In this document: positions 61,926 to 64,000 of the stretch, piece by piece
Numbering within the stretch: the stretch's first letter is position 1
Layout: each line of letters begins with the position of its first letter
Assembly: GCF_004010195.1 (NCBI RefSeq)
Contig: NC_057749.1
Location: 8,965,787 to 9,029,786 of the forward strand
Direction: 5' to 3'
DNA length: 64,000 nucleotides
Source: Chiloscyllium plagiosum
Taxonomy: Eukaryota
Program-made: the position numbers and the translations under genes
The notes under the pieces: generated by a model
The model's input: the letters and a program-made list of their open reading frames with translations, nothing else
Databases searched by the model: none
What the model was told of the DNA's origin: nothing

Positions 61926-62614
61926 CAACAGCATACACTTCAAAAGTACTTCATTGGTTATAAAACACTTTGAGATGGATATGGTCAGAAAAAGCACTAT
62001 TTAGATGTAAGTTTCTTTTGGTTTCTTCATTAAATTAGTGAATAAAATGAAAACATTTACAGCAACTTTAAGGTAGAAAATTACATGGGGAAACACTTTA
62101 TGGAAAACACATCCAGAAAAAATGGGTGCCAAGAGCAAATAAGGAGATGAGGGTTGGTCAGAGAATAGATTTAAGGATGGCCCTAAAGGCAATGGAGAGG
62201 GTTGAGGGGAAAATCCATATCCACAAAGCCTAGGCAAAAAAAGGCAAGGGCATTAAAGATAGGGTAAAAGAAAACCTGAAGAGGTAGTGTTTGGAGGGAT
62301 GGTGGGAAGGCTACAGAAATAAGGAGGTTTGAGTTTGGAAGGGAATATGCAAGACTGGAAATTTTACAGTGAAGGTGTCAGGAAAATGGGGGTTGATACA
62401 GGCTGGTGTGGAAGGGGTGGGGTGGTGGGGTGGTGGGGTGACAAGTGAGCGGACATTGGTCCAGACAAGACTGTGAACAGCAGAAATGGAATGGACAAAA
62501 CTTGGAGAGAGACTGGGGATAATGCCCAAGCCCCACTGAGTTGATTCTGCAATCAGCAGCAAGGTGGACTGTCAGACATGACAGGGGGAGACAATGGCCT
62601 GGTAGTATTATTCC

Positions 62615-62945
62615 CTCGTGGACGGGTAGAGATAAGGTGAATGGCGGGTGTCTTTTCACAAGGGTAGGGAATTTCGAGATTTCAAGACCAGGGGGCATAC
62701 TTTTAAGGTGAAAGGAGAAAGATTTTAAGAAGACATGGGGGCAATTTATTTTATACATAGAGTGATTCATATGTGAAATGTACTTCCAGAGGAAGTGCGG
62801 ATGCAGGTGCAATTGTAATATTAAAAGACATTTAGGTAAGCACATGAATTAGAATTGTTTGGAGGGATATGGGCCTAGGCTGGACTAGTTTAGTTTGGGA
62901 TTATGGTTGGCATGAACTGGTTCCATGCTCTATGACTCTAGATTG
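62615..62945 (+). mobile_element. HER1/CR1 3' end
   Basis: ttcaagaccagggggcatacttttaaggtgaaaggagaaag...ctatgactcta. Confidence 0.8.
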
Positions 62946-63863
62946 TAATTCTCCTGGCTATTGTAAGAGCATAGGAACAGGAGGCCATTCAGCCCCTCAA
63001 GCCTCTTCTGCCATTCAATGATTGGGTCTGGATGAAACTCCTCAGTAGATATTCCCGCAGCTTGAAGAGAATAGCAATTGGATTTACTGAGTATTGGATG
63101 CACATGATTAGATGTGACAACTTCAGTTTTACTGATATGTATAAATTCATTATGATAGGAAAGCATGCAAATTGGTGGCTTAGGAAGGAGTTTGGTCAGC
63201 TCAGATGGGTGGTTTGCAATGCAGAGTGACGCCAAGAATATGGGTTCAATTCCCACCACCGGCTGAGGTTAAAGTGAAGGACCCATCTTCTCAACCTCTC
63301 TCCTTCCCTGAGGCAAGGTGGTCCTCAGGTTAAACCACCACTAGTCGTCTCTGTCTAATGAAATGGCAGGCACCTTTGTACAAAGAGTGTAAAATCCAAA
63401 ATCTAAATAAATTTCAAAAAGGTAACCAATTATTATTTACATGGGAGAATCCAATGTTGAAATTTTACCCATTACAGATCCAAGAATCTAACAGAGAGGA
63501 AAGAATCTCCAACGAACATTCAGCAGATCCCTGAAAATGTGAGGAATCGCTCAATTCTGAATAAATCTTAAGGGAATAACTCCAAATTATTCAAGTTATT
63601 TTGTGACATTTAGCATGGATTTTTTTGGTGTTGTATTACTAATTAAATACTTAGTGCATAAAATTAATCAACAATCAAATTAATAAAATTGACAGTGCGA
63701 TTGTACTGGGGAGGGTAACAGAGGAGATTTCCCAGGATGCTGCCTGGGTTGGCGGGTCTCAGATTGACGATTGGATAGACTAGGGTTGTTGTCCTTGGAA
63801 GGCAAACAGAGATGTTTAAAGCTATGACAGACACAGATAGAATGGTTAGGAAGTTACATTTTC

Positions 63864-64000
63864 TGGGCGGCACGGTGGCACAGTGGTTAGCACTGCTGCC
63901 TCACAGCGCCAGAGACCTGGGTTCAATTCCCGCCTCAGGCGACTGATTGTGTGGAGTTTTAGTGTTAGGGGTAAATGTAAGGGTATGGGTGGGTTGCGGG
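63864..64000 (+). mobile_element. HE1 SINE, young subfamily, internally deleted, running off the window end
   Basis: gggcggcacggtggcacagtggttagcactgctgcctcacagcgccagagacctgggttcaattcccgcc. Confidence 0.9.

Overview
Vertebrate genomic DNA, almost certainly from a shark (cartilaginous fish), judged by abundant HE1-type tRNA-derived SINEs and their HER1/CR1 partner LINEs. The window is mostly intron-like or intergenic DNA crowded with decayed retroelements: CR1/HER1, Rex1/Babar, a second CR1-clade LINE, at least four SINE families and at least five Penelope-like element (PLE) families. It has one 551-N assembly gap. No intact protein-coding gene is visible; the recognisable ORFs in the track are retroelement remnants and the rest look like chance ORFs. 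Three short + strand segments with good splice donors (22278-22281, 40622-40657, 60658-60688) lie in repeat-free blocks and may be 5' exons of one large, unidentified gene. The most notable structure is a PLE-derived system. Five sequence-distinct families carry a minimal hammerhead-ribozyme core (CUGANGA-N-stem II-GAAA-CG/GC-UH) and insert as short inverted-repeat hairpins with 12-16 bp target-site duplications (TSDs). One insertion copied 150 bp of neighbouring host DNA in inverted orientation, and another jumped within its own RNA. A separate 158-bp CpG-rich, highly structured sequence of unknown origin is inserted with a 12-bp TSD and a short A-tail. Repeat boundaries were read by eye and are approximate; TSD and splice-site coordinates were counted directly.
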